From an uncultured delta proteobacterium (GTDB taxonomy: Bacteria > Desulfobacterota > Desulfobacteria > Desulfobacterales > UBA2156), in contig CAVTQK010000007.1 in the NCBI GenBank assembly GCA_963736855.1, forward strand, positions 1 to 14,769: a DNA stretch of 14,769 bases, in the 5' to 3' direction. The translations under genes and the position numbers were made by a program. Of this stretch, positions 1 through 10,800 are shown in pieces. The notes below the pieces were generated by a model, which worked only from the letters and a program-made list of their open reading frames with translations, searched no databases and was not told the origin of the DNA. The stretch's first letter is position 1. The number at the start of each line of letters is the position of its first letter.

Positions 1-32
1 TTATCCGGCCCTGGACCTCTTCCGGTTCGAAG

Positions 33-1985
33 GTGTCTAAAAAACCCATTTTCAGGAGCGGCTGTCTTTATCCCCTGCTGCTGGGGTTGGGTTATCTCTT
101 CCTGATCATGGCCGCCCCGGCGCAGGCTGAAGAAAAAATCCTTTCCTTTCACAGCGAGATCAAGATTCATCGCGACGCCTCCTTGACCGTTACCGAGACC
201 ATCGTTGTTAGGGCCGAGAACGACCAGATCAAGCGCGGGATCTACCGCGATTTTCCGACCCGCTACCGCGAAAAATACGGGCTGATCCGGCGGGTAGGTT
301 TTACGTGCGGCGAGGTCCGTCGGGACGGGGAACCGGAGTCGTTTCATTTCGAGGGACTGCCCAATGGGAAGCGGGTCTATTTCGGCCGAAAAGAAGGTTA
401 TCCTCCCTCCCGGGGAATATACCTATACCTTCATCTATGAGACGGATCGGCAGCTCGGCTTTTTCCCGGAGTTTGATGAGCTGTACTGGAACGTTACCGG
501 CAACGACTGGAACTTCCCTATCGACTAAGGCCTCGGCCGTGGTGCATCTGCCGGAAGGGGCCGGCGGGAAGGTGGTCGCCGTTGCCGCCTACACCGGCGT
601 GAAGGGGGCTGCAGGTCGGGATTTCCAGCAAGAGACAGACCCGGCGAGCGGAACGGTGCGTTTTTTCACGACCAGGCCGCTGGCTTTGCATGAAGGCCTG
701 ACCATTGCCGTCTCCTGGCCCAAGGGCCAGGTGACGCCACCCCGGCAAAGCCGGGTTTTGGGCCCTGGTGTCGGACAACCGGGGTTTCCTTTTTGGTCTG
801 GCCGGGATCCTGATCATCTTCGCTTATTATCTGGTCGTCTGGTTCCGTGTGGGGAAAGACCCGGAAAAGGGCGTTATCGTCGTCCGTTATACGCCCCCGG
901 GGGATCTGAGCCCGGCGGCCATGCGCTATGTCTGGAACCAGGGATATGACGATCCGGCTTTTACGGCGGCGCTCATCAATCTGGCGGTCAAGGGGTACCT
1001 GACGATCAAAGAGATTTTCGGTGAATATTCGGCCCAGCCTCGGAGCGGGGAAAAGAAGGCCCAGGCGTCCCCGGACGAAGAGAAGGTCTTCGGCGCCCTC
1101 TTCAACCAGCGGCAGGAAGTGTTTATTAACCAGGCCAATCAGGCCGTTATCAAAAGCGCCGTTTCCGCTCTGAAACGAAACCTGGAATACGGGTATGAAA
1201 AGGCTTATTTTGTGCACAATCGCTGGTACTTTGCCATCGGACTGCTTCTGACCCTGGGGGTGGTAGTCCTCTCCGGAATTCGCGAGGCCCTGGATCAGGG
1301 CAATCTCCCGCTGTTCTTTTTTATTTCCCTCTGGCTGACCATCTGGAGCATCGGGGTGGCCGTCCTACTGGCGGTGGTGATCAAATCCTGGATGGAGGTT
1401 GTCAAAGACCCCGGGAAATTTGGAAAAGTAGTCCAAACGGTTTTCCTCACGTTATTTGCTTTGCCGTTCGTGGGAGGGGAAATCCTGGGGCTGTATTTCC
1501 TGGCCTTTCAGGCCACTTCGGTCCCCCTGGCTATTCTTTTCGTCGTTTCGATAGCCATTACCCTGATCTTTTACCAGCTTTTGAAGGCCGTTACCCCTTT
1601 GGGAAGAAAGCGTCTGGACGAGATCGAGGGCTTTCGGATCTTTCTGGAGGCCACCGAGAAGGACCGGCTCAATTATATGCATTCCCCGGAAAGGACCCCG
1701 GAACTTTTCGAAAAATTTTTGCCTTACGCCCTGGCCCTGGGTGTGGAGCAGCGTTGGGCCGAACAGTTTTCGAACGTGCTGTCCTCCGCCGCGGCGGAAG
1801 GCCGATCCCCGAACTGGTATTCCAGTCGCTCCATGAACACCTTCAGCGCGGGGGCCTTGGCCTCAACCCTGGGGGATTCTCTGGCGAGCGCCGTGGCCAG
1901 TTCATCCGGTTCGTCGGGTTCGGGAAGCGGCGGCGGCGGGTCCTCCGGTGGAGGAGGGGGCGGTGGGGGTGGCGGGGGGTGGTAG
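33..1985 (+). CDS. DUF2207 family membrane protein, split by three apparent +1 frameshifts (~397, 526, ~740-760)
   Basis: Signal peptide then EKILSFHSEIKIHRDASLTVTETIVV...IKRGIYRDFP. A frame absent from the ORF track (~398-525) reads VILPPGEYTYTFIYETDRQLGFFPEFDELYWNVTGNDWNFPID. Later motifs are LTIAVSWPKG, YTPPGDLSPA, AALINLAVKGYL, FEKFLPYALALGVEQRWA and the typical SSGGGGGGGGGGGW tail. Confidence 0.9.
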
Positions 1986-2074
1986 AAGCGGCCGGGGTTA
2001 AAACAGCAGACAGGATTTACAGGATAAAAAGTGGAAATGATTTTTATGATATTTCCAAATCGCGGAGGGTCATC

Positions 2075-3079
2075 ATGACGATCCATGGACCGAACAATGC
2101 CTTGACCGACGTCGAAGGAATCAGGGTCGGTCACTACACTTCCCGGGAGGCGGCCAGCGGAGTGACGGTGATCCTGGCAGCGGAAGGGGCGGTCGCCGGG
2201 GTGGATGTGCGCGGTTCCGCGCCCGGCACCCGGGAAACCGACCTTCTGGACCCGATGAATCTGGTCGAAAAAGTGCAGGCCGTGGTGCTGACCGGCGGAT
2301 CGGTGTATGGGTTGGCAACGGCCGACGGCGTGGTGAAGTGGCTGGCCTCAAGGGGCTGCGGGTTTCCGCTGGAAGGAGGGCAGGTGGCCCCTATCGTACC
2401 GGCGGCCGCTTTATTCGATCTGGGCCGGGGGGCGAGCTTCGTGCCTCCCATCGGGCCGGAATGGGGGCAGGCGGCCTGTGAAGCGGTGAGCGGCGGGGCC
2501 GTATCGGTCGGCACCGTGGGCGCCGGTACCGGAGCCCTGGCCGGAGGAATTAAGGGAGGACTGGGTACGGCCAGTGAGCAGGTGGATTCGGGGTTGACCG
2601 TGGCCGCTATCGTGGCGGTCAATTCTCTGGGAACGGTGGTCAATCCCCAGACGGGCCAGCCCTGGGAGATCGGCCTGGAAATGAACGGGGAATTCGGCCC
2701 CCAGGGCTTGCGGGCCGTCCGTTTGCCCGACGGGAGGTTTCTGGCCCCGCCCTCCAATACCACCATCGGGGTGGTGGCCACCGACGCCCGGTTGAACAAG
2801 GCCCAGGCCCGGAAGATCGCCCAGATGGCCCATGACGGACTGGCCCGGGCCATCCGTCCGGCCCACACCATGTTCGACGGGGATACGATTTTTTGTCTGG
2901 CCACGGGCCGGAAAGCCCTGCCGGAGACGCCGGGCTTTTTTGCCGCCCCCCAGGCCCAGGCCCTGAACGAACTGGGCCGGGCCGCGGCCGACTGCCTGAC
3001 CCGGGCCATCATCCGGGCCGTACTGGAGGCCGACAGCCTGGGGAAGATGACGGCCTTCCGCGATCTTCCGGAAAAGTGA
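2075..3079 (+). CDS. P1 family peptidase (peptidase S58; DmpA/NylC-like self-cleaving hydrolase)
   Basis: ATG 2075 follows GGAGGG (2064-2069). Motifs NALTDVEGIRVGH, GVDVRGSAPGTRETDLL, LTGGSVYGL, NTTIGVVATDA, AHDGLARAIRPAHTMFDGDTIF. The ORF-track start at 1754 overlaps the upstream gene and is not used. Confidence 0.93.
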   Translation: MTIHGPNNALTDVEGIRVGHYTSREAASGVTVILAAEGAVAGVDVRGSAPGTRETDLLDPMNLVEKVQAVVLTGGSVYGLATADGVVKWLASRGCGFPLEGGQVAPIVPAAALFDLGRGASFVPPIGPEWGQAACEAVSGGAVSVGTVGAGTGALAGGIKGGLGTASEQVDSGLTVAAIVAVNSLGTVVNPQTGQPWEIGLEMNGEFGPQGLRAVRLPDGRFLAPPSNTTIGVVATDARLNKAQARKIAQMAHDGLARAIRPAHTMFDGDTIFCLATGRKALPETPGFFAAPQAQALNELGRAAADCLTRAIIRAVLEADSLGKMTAFRDLPEK

Positions 3080-3100
3080 AGATTCTTAATATGAAAAAAT

Positions 3101-3134
3101 GAACATCGAACATCGAACGTCCAATATCGAATTT
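3101..3134 (+). repeat. Degenerate 7-bp tandem repeat (GAACATC type)
   Basis: GAACATC GAACATC GAACGTC CAATATC GAATTT, read directly about 20 bp after the peptidase stop. Confidence 0.75.
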
Positions 3135-3142
3135 ATAAAAAC

Positions 3143-3159
3143 GCGGGCGGTCCGCCCGC
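3143..3159. terminator. GC-rich hairpin, possible terminator or transcript-stabilising stem
   Basis: GCGGGCGG-T-CCGCCCGC is a perfect inverted repeat. The A-run lies on its left (3137-3141), so the U-tract would be on the minus strand. Confidence 0.4.
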
Positions 3160-3263
3160 CGACCAGGTAAGGCAAATTACTTAATGGATTTTTTCGATAA
3201 AGTTGGGGCTTCATCCCGACCCGGAAGCTGAGCGGGTGGCCAAAGGCGTCTATGATGGTACCC

Positions 3264-3290
3264 GTTATTGCGAGCGGACGAAGCAATCCC
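3264..3290 (+). repeat. REP-like short palindromic element (GTCATTGCGAG...GAAGCAATC type)
   Basis: GTTATTGCGAGCGGACGAAGCAATCCC with ATTGC/GCAAT arms. It resembles a widespread bacterial intergenic palindrome class, recognised from memory rather than by search. Confidence 0.5.
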
Positions 3291-3332
3291 CCAGGTAAAG
3301 CCACAAGTTGCATAAAAACAGGGCGGAAAGCT

Positions 3333-3458
3333 ATTTTTGACAATATTCATATTGTCCGGCCCAATGGCACCGTCACCCTGACCACCCGGAGCCGGGGCAA
3401 GACCCCCTGGCGCTGGCTCGATGCCTTAAAGGGCAAGAAGCACCTGGCGGCTGTTTGA
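3333..3458 (+). pseudogene. Probable 3' remnant of a small hypothetical gene
   Basis: GC-rich stretch with host-like GC-ending codons inside an AT-richer spacer, reading IFDNIHIVRPNGTVTLTTRSRGKTPWRWLDALKGKKHLAAV*. No convincing start or RBS, and the upstream in-frame sequence runs through the REP-like element. Confidence 0.4.
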
Positions 3459-3550
3459 TTCCAAGCTTCAGCCGAAACTACCCTTGTTTGGATCTTTCAG
3501 GCCCCGTCCGGGTCCGATTTCCCCTCCCATCTCTGACCTATATTATTGCC

Positions 3551-3580
3551 TTGACTTCCTACAAAAGCTTTTTATATACC
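3551..3580 (+). promoter_or_regulatory. Candidate sigma70-type promoter for the 3730 gene
   Basis: TTGACT (3551-3556) followed by TATATA at 16 bp or TATACC at 18 bp. The spacer contains the palindrome AAAAGCTTTT. Confidence 0.3.
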
Positions 3581-3729
3581 TACACTTATCCAAAGCCTCT
3601 TTTGGGTGGCTTTGCCGAATTCCTTTTACCCTTTTCTTGAAGTCAACCTTCCAGACTATTAAAGTTTATTGCCTGTTGAGGCAACAACTGAAGTCAGTGA
3701 ACAAAGTCACCATGTACAGGAGTATCCAG

Positions 3730-4099
3730 ATGAAAAAAGGTTTATTGGTATTGAGCGTCATATCATTGTTGGGGGCAGGCATTCTTCCTCTCCAGGCAGC
3801 GGACAGAATCCCCGCGCAATATTTCGTCCCGAACCACATCCCGGCCAATACACAGCCTTCCGTTCATTGCCCTCAGGGCTATAGCCGGTTGTTCGGCCGG
3901 AACCCCCCGACCTGCTTCGAAAAACTGCCCGCCGGGCTGGACGGTAAAATCGAATGTGAACACGGGCGCCGTCTGTGTCCGCTGCCCCCAGGGATATGTC
4001 CCCGCCTATGGGACCGGCAGCGGTGAATGGTGTGTCAGACCTGGGCAGATGGAGAAGCCGGCCCCCGGTGGGCTATGGGGCCAGCCCTGGCCCAAATAG
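3730..4099 (+). CDS. Small secreted Cys-rich protein (~122 aa) with three CPxG(Y/W) motifs; one +1 frameshift in the A5 run 3920-3924
   Basis: AGGAG RBS at 3718-3722 and signal peptide MKKGLLVLSVISLLGAGILPLQA. Removing one A gives HCPQGYSRLFGRNPPTCFENCPPGWTVKSNVNTGAVCVRCPQGYVPAYGTGSGEWCVRPGQMEKPAPGGLWGQPWPK* with TAG at 4097-4099. Confidence 0.75.
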
Positions 4100-4461
4100 A
4101 TGGCGCGCCTTTCCTTTGGGGACAACGATCACGGGCTCCGACGTGGAGAGAGGTATTCCTTGTAGCCCATTGCAAACTGCAGAATATAGGTGAAAATCGG
4201 GGAAAATACCGTGTCGGACGTAAAGTGAGTAACCGGGAAATGGCCACCATCAATCTTGTTCCTGGAAATTTCCATGGCGAATGAAACTATGCGATACGGT
4301 ACAGAGCTATTTTATTGACGCTGTCTAAGTCTTTCTGTTCATGAGTCTTGGGAAGGAGTGCCACGCGGGTGCTGGAATTCCTAAGCGACAGGGAGCAATC
4401 GTCTGGAACAGGCGGGAAACAGGGTTGTTTCTGTGTCCGGTTTTGGGAGGGGGAAGTTGCA

Positions 4462-7400
4462 ATGAATGCATTTGCTTTGCATATAAAACGAATCAAGGCA
4501 TTGACGGCTGATATCATAAGAATATTAATAGGTTTGATGTTCATTTGGGCGCTAATGAATGAGAAAGAAGTTTTTGGAAGAAGTGGTACAGACCTCAACC
4601 GCGGCTCCGATATCGGACTCATTTCGTTGAAACTTAGTTCTGCAAGGGTTAACTCAACGAGCGATCGGGAGGATCAGAAACCAGGGGACGGTATGTTTCA
4701 CCGGAGAAAAAAACCACGCAGGCGAACCAGAATGCACGCTTCGGGCATTCATTCAAGAGGCAAACAGAAAGAAGGGTAAAAACATCATCAGGATATATGA
4801 CATTCCTCTCAGTGATCCTGGTTTTAACAAGGAGGCGCGTATACATACCATTCGGCCTGCCAGGCCGTTCGAAACCATTAACGATCCGGTAGAGATTGAA
4901 GGATGCGGTCGAAGCCCTAGAGGTTGTTTGCCGAGCATTGAACTGGGATGGAGCCAACGCCGGCAGTGGCGTCGATGGCTTGGTGATTAAAGTCCGGGCA
5001 GAGCACGATCAGCGGGTTGATCGTAAATAACTTCAAGGGCGCTGGAATTAAGCTGTCGGGCGGGCGCGAGAATAGGATCATAGGGAACTACATAGGCATG
5101 GATTACACAGATACCATGGCAATGCCGAACGCCCAAGGCGGCGTTGTCATCGAGAATTCTGTTTCGAATTGGATTGGTGGATCAGAACCGGAAGATTTGA
5201 ATCTCATTTCAGGAAACGGTGTTGCCGGCATTCTGATCAAAGGCAAGGAATCTGTTGGAAACCATGTTATGGGAAACTTCATAGGCACCAATATAAAGGG
5301 AGAGTGCCCATTGGATGCTGAGGGACGTTGCTCGGCTGATGCGACAACGGGCAACCTGACGGGGATCTTTGTAGTTGAGGCGGGTGATAATGACATCACG
5401 GCCAATCTCGTTTCAGGAAACAAGAAGGCTGGAATCCTCATCGTATCAAGTCCCGATCCGGGAAATAGGGTGAGTCGTAACATGATCGGTGTTGGTCTCA
5501 GGGATCAATTAGTGCCCAACGGAGGCGCCGGCATTGAAATAAGAAACGGGGAATCCAACACAATCGGCGGCGACTCGTCTCCGGTGTCCAATATCATATC
5601 CGGTAACGGATTGACGTGGAATTGTTCTTTATCATTCAGATAAAAACAAAATATTCGGAAACTACATCGGTGTTGATAAAAATAGTGTTGGGATGAGACC
5701 CAATGGCAAAGGCGGGATTTTTATGGAGGGTGCTTCCAAAAATACGATTGGAGGCGCGAAGAAGGAGTTCAAAAATGTCATTTCGGGGAATAAAGGTGCT
5801 GGTATACGCATTAGTGGAACAAATTCGACCCTCAATGAGATATTCGGCAACCATATCGGTATTGGGGAAATCGGGTTGCTAATACTTGCAAATGAGGAAC
5901 TCGGAAGTCTGGATAGAAAACTCTCCTGAAAACAGGATAGGTGGAACGGAAAGACGGATCCGGAAATACAATTTCAGGGAACAAAGGGTCCGGGGTCAAG
6001 ATCATCGGAGCCAATGCACGCGGCAACCAAGTGCGTGGAAACCATATCGGAACTAATCCGGAAAAAAGAACCCCCCGCATTTCCCGAACCCAACGAAGGA
6101 CACGGGGTTCATATAGAAAGAAGTGCCCGGTAATCATATCGGCGGAGCAAAAAAAAATGCAGGCAATCTGATATCCGGGAATAAGGGTTCAGGCGTTTTC
6201 ATTACCGGTAAGGCGGCAAGGCTCAACAGGATAGAAGGGAATTTTATTGGCACAAACGGCGATGGAGACCTGCCTATAGGGAACGAAATGTCTGGAGTGC
6301 ACATTCACAATGCCCCTGATAATTTCATCGGAGATGTTGACAGGGACTCTGGAAATTTAATCTCCTGCAACAGTGAGGGCATACGCATAAGTGGGGCATA
6401 CGCCACAGGCAACAAGATACAGAGCAATATTATCGGAAGCAAGAAGGACGGAAAAACGATGCTTGAAGTTCGGCCCGTCCGCAGCGGAGAGGGCTCCTAC
6501 TACATTAAGACCGGGAATGACATGGGAGTACTAATAGAGGCGTCACATAATTTAGTGGGCACAGAAAAGGGTCGAAACGTTATATCGGGGAATACCAGTG
6601 ATGGCATTCTTATACAACCCGAAATACTTGAAGACAGGTTTCAACACTTTCCATCTGGCAACAAGATTCAAAATAACTTCATCGGTGTTGATGTCGATGG
6701 AAAAACGAGGTCTGCCCAACGGAGCGGAAGGTATCGCTATTTTTTCCGCTTCTAACAATTTGATTGGCGGGGTCGGAACCCGGAACAGGGAATGTGATCA
6801 CCGGGCATAGGGGAGCGGGAATTGCGATTCGAAACAGAGACTCAAAGTTAAATAGGATAGAAGGAAATCGTATTGGGACTGATGATGAAGGCGTATTATC
6901 TGTTCCCAACGAAATTGGAATATTGATTAGTGATTCCAATGAAAACTTCATCGGGAGGCCAGAGGGAGGCAATTGTATTTCAGGAAATCACAAGCAGGGT
7001 GTCCTGCTCGTAGAAAATGCAGAGAGGAACGTTATCCAGGGTAACTTCATCGGTGTTAACTTGCCCGGCACATGTCAAAACTCCCTAACGAAATCGGCAT
7101 TGATGTTCACTCCTCGGCAAACACAATAGGAGGAGCAGATGACAAAGCGGGTAATGTCATTTCAGGAAATAGAGGGGCAGGTATAATTCTCCGTAACATA
7201 CCTTACAGCGGCAATTCACGAGGAAATCTTGTACAAGGGAACTTCATCGGCACCGATGAAAAGGGTGTTGAAAACCTTGGTAATAAAGGACATGGTTTGC
7301 ACATTGAGCATTCACGCGATAACTTCATCGGAGCAACTACTGAACGTGATCCAAAAAAACTAGTCAGAGAAAAAAATACCATAGCCTATAACTGCGGCGC

Positions 7401-7820
7401 AGGTATTTATATTGAACTGGGATACAACAACAGAATCAACCGTAATAGTTTCTTGGGCAATGGCGATAAAGGAATCAGCTCTCTCCCGGATTAAAGAAAG
7501 ATAGTTCCCAATCACCCATATTGTCTTCAATCAGAATCAATAGGCTTAACGGAATTAGAGTTAATGGAAGATTTGATCAGCCACCTCTGATAAATACATC
7601 TGAGATAGTGTTTGTGGAGTTCTTCTCCAGCGAACAGTGTGACCCGGCAAAGCCGGGAGGCGCCCGCTTCATCGGTGCCGTTGATGTGCCTGAAAGAAGG
7701 TACGATAATTTCAGCTTTAAACCAATCGTGCCGGTTCCGAAAGGCCATTTCATCACGGCCACTGCCACCGAACCTCGAAGGAACACGTCCGAATTTTCTA
7801 ACTGTATCGAGGTCAGGTAG
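4462..7820 (+). CDS. Large exported CSLREA-type / right-handed parallel beta-helix repeat protein (~1,100 aa), split by roughly ten or more indels
   Basis: GGGAGGGGG before ATG 4462 and an N-terminal hydrophobic stretch. VNSTSDREDQKPGDG is followed in another frame by CFTG...ECTLRAFIQEAN (4730-4765, CSLREA-like). Many N.I.GN(F/Y/H)IG...GN.ISGN...G(I/V).I repeats follow, ending in GHFITATAT...NTSEFSNC. Confidence 0.85.
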
Positions 7821-7821
7821 C

Positions 7822-10800
7822 ATGAACATATTCAAAATCGCAGAAAGAGCGTCATGTATAATAAAGTACGAAAGATGCGATTTGTTCAGAGGCATCTTCT
7901 TCATGCTGCTGACTATCCATTTGACAGTTGGCATAGTAACTCTTTGTTTTGCTCAGCACGAAATAGAGGGTGTCATTACAGCGGGGTCGGTTGACAACCA
8001 GGGGAGGATTGCCGTTCTGAACTCAGACAAGCATTTGTCTATTAAGAATCTGACTTTATCCCTTTACGGTGAACCCAGGTGGATAACAAACATTAGAATT
8101 GAAGCAGATGGTACGGATGACCTGCCGCCAGAGGAATCTCGTGTTTTTACCATCAGATTTGATGCACGCGCAGATGTGCAGGCCGGAGTCACAGAAACGG
8201 TTGTCTTCAAAGTTTCCGCAGATATGATAGCTATTGACTATCCGGATCCCAAAATGACTGTTCGGGTTGACTCCAGCGGGATCCACCCTATCGAGTCCGT
8301 CGTTCGTGGGTCTAAAGCGGACGCGCCCGACAAGTTCCCCATGGAGCGGGCGGAAGCCTACTGCGCGCTGGATGCGGATGCGCTCAACGAATACGACCGC
8401 ATCGTCGTTTTCTTTACACCCCAGCGTGATCTGGGTGAAGATTACCGGGAGGAATTCAGATACCGCCTTAGGGATGGTGCCGGCAAGAAGATCAGCGGTG
8501 GAGACTGGAAGCAGGTTGCGCCGGGCGAGCAGAATCCAGCGGCTCCCTTCCGCACTGTCTGCGGTAGCCCGGGTCGCCTAGTCGTCAGTCATGTTATCCC
8601 GCTCAACATCCACGAGCCCGGCACTTTTGTACTCGAAACCGTAAGGTTGAAACGCTCCGCCGGCGCGGGCCTTATGGGGCAAGGCCAGGGTCATGTAGAA
8701 GCCGGTGAGTGGCGGGAGGAAGGGCGATTCGAAGTCCGGGAGGGCCTGATCTATTTTCAAGGATTCATAGCGGAACCTGTTGAGAACCTCCCGATGCCGC
8801 GCAAAGCCACAGGTGTCACACGCTGGAGCGGCGTGTCGAACATAGAGCGACTCGACGTGAACCACGAAAAGGCTACTGCCGCCATGGAGCTCAGCGCTCG
8901 CTACACCCCCGCCACGAAAGATCGCGACGGAAAGCTGAAGCCCGTGAACAAGGAGTGGACAGGCTTAACGCTGCTTTCGGTGGTATACCCGAGGACGATA
9001 CGCCTTGGCCGGTCCAAGGTCATCCGCGATGGGAGGGGTAAGGTGACAGGCAAGGAGAACGTCGCGGAAATCGAGGTCGAATGGATTGTTAAAGGCGATG
9101 CTCGCCACACGCCTAACTTTCTCCCTCCCACGCCGATCCGGCAGGCCCCTCCATCTCGGGAGGCTTTCGAAAGTAAGGCGAGGACCAAACTTTTGAGGGA
9201 CATGTTCTGGCCACACACCATCGGGTTAGATCATTGGCTTCCGGAACACGGCAAACGATCGGTCTTTGCAATCAATGAGGTGTTTCCGTCGGAAGTCATC
9301 GGCGATCCGCCGCTGGCGCTGGCGGAGCACTTCCGCAATTCTGAAACACTCTGGGTGCTCCCTGTGCGTTTGGTCCATTCGGATGATGTGAAGGTCTATG
9401 CTTACGCCATCTACAAGTCTAGGCCGGGCCGCTACGACGGCCCGTTGCCCTCCCCGCCGCCTGATTCGGGCAGTGTCGGTCAAGTAACGGGAACAACAAC
9501 GGCAGATCGACGACCTGCACCGTCCAGCCCTGCGTATTGGATCCCGAAAGCGACAGCAATGTTGCTGCGCTCATCCGTGAATGGATCTCCACGGCCAGGC
9601 CGCCGGAGAACGCCGTCGAAGGGAACAATGTTCGTTACTCCGGCAAAGGGAATGTGGTCGGCACGGTCGCGGGCGGGGTCATTGAGTCGAGACACGAAAC
9701 CGGGGGGATAGATCCGGTGTTTCTGTGGACCAACAAAAGGTATCTCGATTCCATCGACCACTGCACCATGGAGGAATATGTGGTTGCTAAGCTCGAACAA
9801 AGAAGCCATCAGTCACTGCGCCGGCCGCTATGGGGCGGTCAAGGACTTAAAAGGGATGCGCCTCGCTGAGGCCAAGGCAGCAGTGACCGGTGCCGGTTTT
9901 GGATATTCCCTTGCTCCCGGATCCCCTGCCAGAACGCCGGAACAGGAGGGGGCTATCGAGCGGCAGGAACCTGGCCCGGATAAATATCTCAAAAAAGGTC
10001 AAACCCTTAAGTTAACTGTCCATTCCCCCTACGTGCCGGCAGGAGTGATCTTGCCCGACTTCACCGGGAAATCGCTTGCTGAGGCGAGGAAATGGCTCGA
10101 GCAAACAAGCTGAAGGCGAGCCTGCAGCCTGGTTCGCCCGCCCCGACGGCTGCGAAATCGGGAACCATAGAAAAACAGGGGCCTGCCCCTGGGACACAGG
10201 TTAAGGCAGGGGAAACGGTGACGCTTACGGTCCACTCTCAGTATGTGGATCTTCGCAAAGTGCCTGATGTGGTGGGTCTTTCGGCGGGAAACGCCGAGAG
10301 GCGCATTGCGGCTACCGGCCTACCGCGGTGATGCAGGCGGGAGGCTCAGCCTCCACCGGGAGCAGGCAGGGACGGTGGAACGACAGAACCCCGATCCGGG
10401 AACAGTCGGTTGCGGCAGGGTCGGAGGTGAGTCTGTTCATCTAGGGACCTTTCGTGGAGACCATGGTTGTGCCCGACGTCAGTGGGCTTTCCTATCCCGA
10501 TTCCAGGAGAAAGCTGGAAGCGGCGGGGTTTGACCATAGACAGGCGGGATGCGGGCAGACCGGCGGAACGGCGCTTTGCGGAAACGGCCCAGAAGCAGGA
10601 ACCTGCGGCGGGGACGAGGGTGTCCAAAGGCTCAGCCGTCTCTGTCTGGGTGTATGGCCAATACATTCCCACCCGCGAGGAGCAGGTGGCCGCCACGGAC
10701 TGCTCGCGGTTTCCGGGAAGCCGGGCGTATTGGGATAACAATGCCGGCAAACCCCTGTGCGGATGCTTTGATGGGCTCCAGTGGAATCTGGCCAACACGC

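Noticed and set aside
2010..2025. ACAGGATTT-ACAGGAT short direct repeat
   Set aside because: Only two partial copies, and no function can be supported.
1754..2074. N-terminal extension of the peptidase ORF
   Set aside because: Overlaps the DUF2207 gene. The RBS and family-typical N-terminus point to 2075.
1724..2134. Minus-strand ORF with a poly-Pro run
   Set aside because: Reverse complement of the DUF2207 poly-Gly tail.
2134..3012. 292-aa minus-strand ORF
   Set aside because: Antisense shadow of the GC-rich peptidase gene, with no recognisable motifs.
3101..3134. CRISPR-like repeat
   Set aside because: Contiguous 7-mers with no spacers and no cas genes.
3165..3330. Cyclic-di-GMP-I riboswitch-like words (GGCAAA, AAAGCCAC, GCGGGTGGCC)
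   Set aside because: Order and spacing are wrong, and there is no GNRA-capped P2 stem or GACGCAAAG motif.
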